Shown here: piece after piece, positions 61,918 through 64,000 of the stretch | Layout of the letters: each line of letters starts with the position of its first letter | Position numbering within the stretch: the first letter of the stretch is position 1 | Assembly: GCA_030390025.1 (NCBI GenBank) | Contig: CM059432.1 | Span: 123,072,001-123,136,000 of the forward strand | Direction: 5' to 3' | Length of the DNA stretch: 64,000 nt | From: Squalus acanthias | Lineage: Eukaryota | Position numbers and translations under genes: made by a program | The notes under the pieces: model-generated | Database searches by the model: none | What the model was told of the DNA's origin: nothing | The model's input: the letters and a program-made list of their open reading frames with translations, nothing else

Positions 61918-62545
61918 TACAACAACAACAACTTGTATTTATATACCCCCTTTAACGTCGTAAAACGTCCCAAAGCGTTTCACAGGAGTATTATAAGACA
62001 AAAAATTTGACACCGAGCCACATAAGGAGAAATTAGGGCAGGTGACTAAAAGCTTGGTCAAAGAGGTAGGTTTTAAGGAGCGTCTTAAAGGAGGACAAAA
62101 ATGAGAAGTCGCACAACACCAGGTTATAGTCCAACAGATTTATTTAATTTTACAAGCTTTCGGAGCAGTTCGCTCCTTCGTCAGGTGAAAGAGAGGTAGA
62201 GAGGCGGAGAGGTTTAGGCAGGGAATTCCAGAGCTTAGGGCCTAGGCAACAAAAGGCACGGCACGGCCACCAATGGTTGAGCAATTAAACTCAGGGATGC
62301 TCAAGAGGCCAGAATTCGATGAGCGCAGATATCTTGGGGGGTTGTAAGGCTGGAGGAAATTACAGAAATAGGGAAGGGCGAGGCCATGGAAGGATTTGAA
62401 AACAAGGATGAGAATTTTGAAATCGAGGCATTGCTTAACCGGGACCCAATGTAGGTCAGCGAGCACAGGGGTGATGGGTGAACAGGACTTGGTGCGAGTT
62501 AGGACATGGGCAGACAGCTTTTGGATGACCTCTAGTTTATGTAGT
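61918..62545 (-). mobile_element. L2 LINE 3' end interrupted by a ~90 bp insertion
   Basis: Colinear with 60201-60688 except for 62096-62187. Confidence 0.88.
62096..62187 (-). mobile_element. Penelope-like mini-insertion with a hammerhead core
   Basis: Minus strand CAC-CTGACGA-AGGAGC-GAACT-GCTCC-GAAA-GCTTGT...TGTTGGACTATAACCTGGTGTTGTGCGACTTCTCATTTTTG. Confidence 0.75.
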
Positions 62546-64000
62546 TTACTCCTATTACCACAGATTTAAAACATACCAGAAAGCTTTGAATGAGGAAAGA
62601 TCATTCGAACCATCAAGCCAGATCCTTTCATAGACTATAGATGCTACAGTGTTGCATAAATTATCTTAGATCCCAAAAGGCAATCAAGCAAAACTCCACA
62701 ATGTCTATCTAACCCCATTATCTTCATTTTTGCACTTCTGGTGGCTGCCCTCCCTGCTTCTTGCTTTATCAATTTTAATAAATTATTTGCAACCTCGAAA
62801 GCGGCCAACCACAGCTCAAACGTAAGGAATGTTCTATTCTTGACCATTCTATTCAAAGGGGCACCATTTTCATTAATCTTTGCCAACCTCCCTTTTTATT
62901 TCACTTGGGGAGGAAGAAGAGCGAGAAAGAACTTCTATCATTCTGTCTTGATGGCGCCAAGTACAAGTGAAGCGATGAGCTTCAATGCAATTTGTATCAT
63001 GTTCAGGAGCAAACTATGTTTGCCAAACACTTTTACATCAATGTGCCCCTTTAAAGTGAGACAGATTTGCTAACTAAGGCTGTGGTGGAGGTAGCTGGTC
63101 ATTTAACGATAATAGTGCAAACAACATTTAGGAATCTAGACATTACTAATTCACTAATTTAATAAATTTCAATATGAATGCCAGATTAACCTGAACATCA
63201 AAAGGGATATATAACCGTTACTATTGTTCTTAGAAATCACAGGCAAAAGATTATCCTCTTGTTTTCCACTGACGCAGACTGCCTTTATCTCCCTGTATTG
63301 CGACTATGTTTTTTTTAAGTAAAGCTTTAGTTTTGTTACATGATCGTGACGCTCTGGGCTGGGATTCAGGCAGTGTAAATTACTGTAGTTCTCCAGATTT
63401 CTCGACATTACAGCAGTGACTGCACTTCAAAAAAGTACTTAACTGGCTGTAAAGCGCTTTGTGATGTCCTCAGGTTTTATAAATGTACATTCTTCCTTCT
63501 ATATAGCTGCAGACGTTAAAACTGTGACTCTTGGGCTTATCCAGTGGACTAAGTGCAAAAACACTGATTTTTTTTCTCCCCTTCTCCTTCACTGCGCTGT
63601 GTTCACTTTTGATGATACATTTTGTCAACATCACATACAATAGCCTCATTTCCATTTCTGGGACCCTATTTGACTCTGGATGACCATTTCTTTGTCAAAT
63701 GAACACGCACAAAGGGTGTGCTACCAAAAAAAAAATTCATTTTAAATATGTTCATATTTAAAAAAATAAACAATTAACAGGATCCAAACTTTACAAAGAC
63801 ATCAGTGATGTTTTGGAGATAGAAAGAGCCCAGATAACCTCATTTTCTTTTGCGCTTCTGATTCACATTCAGCAATCCAAAATGGAAATGATGCAAGTTA
63901 TCAATTCAGGTTAGAAATTGAGGGCGAGAGTTTCCGCTCGGTTGCGCTGGTTTTTCGGCGCAATTTGCCCGGAATTGGACAAACCAGCGGACAAAAGATC

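Noticed and set aside
62644..63073. Overlapping ORFs as Ig-domain exons of the leader gene
   Set aside because: No Cys/Trp Ig pattern and no suitable phase-1 splice sites.
1..64000. CRISPR arrays or prokaryotic operons
   Set aside because: Eukaryotic intron-exon structure; no regularly spaced repeat-spacer array seen.

Overview
This is vertebrate genomic DNA, most likely a cartilaginous fish (shark/ray). That is inferred from the CR1/L2/Penelope/DeuSINE/Harbinger repeat content, not proven. On the + strand, the last nine coding exons of rotatin (RTTN) run from 3818 to the stop at 29120; all have AG/GT boundaries and compatible phases, and an AATAAA follows. About 30 kb downstream is an isolated phase-1 signal-peptide exon (59572-59629), possibly the leader of CD226, RTTN's syntenic neighbour in other vertebrates. 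The rest is repeat-rich intronic or intergenic DNA, and most entries in the ORF track are transposon debris. The most unusual structures are four: (1) a loop-less ~1.7 kb fold-back palindrome of a CR1 LINE centred at 50718/50719; (2) a 1.16 kb inverted copy of the 30.4-31.5 kb locus in the same composite, with a shared templated micro-scar, all nested in a decayed Harbinger element; (3) ~90 bp Penelope-derived insertions that are little more than a hammerhead-ribozyme core; (4) a 28S rRNA fragment in the last RTTN intron. I found no evidence for a novel protein-coding system. Repeat boundaries were read by eye and are approximate.
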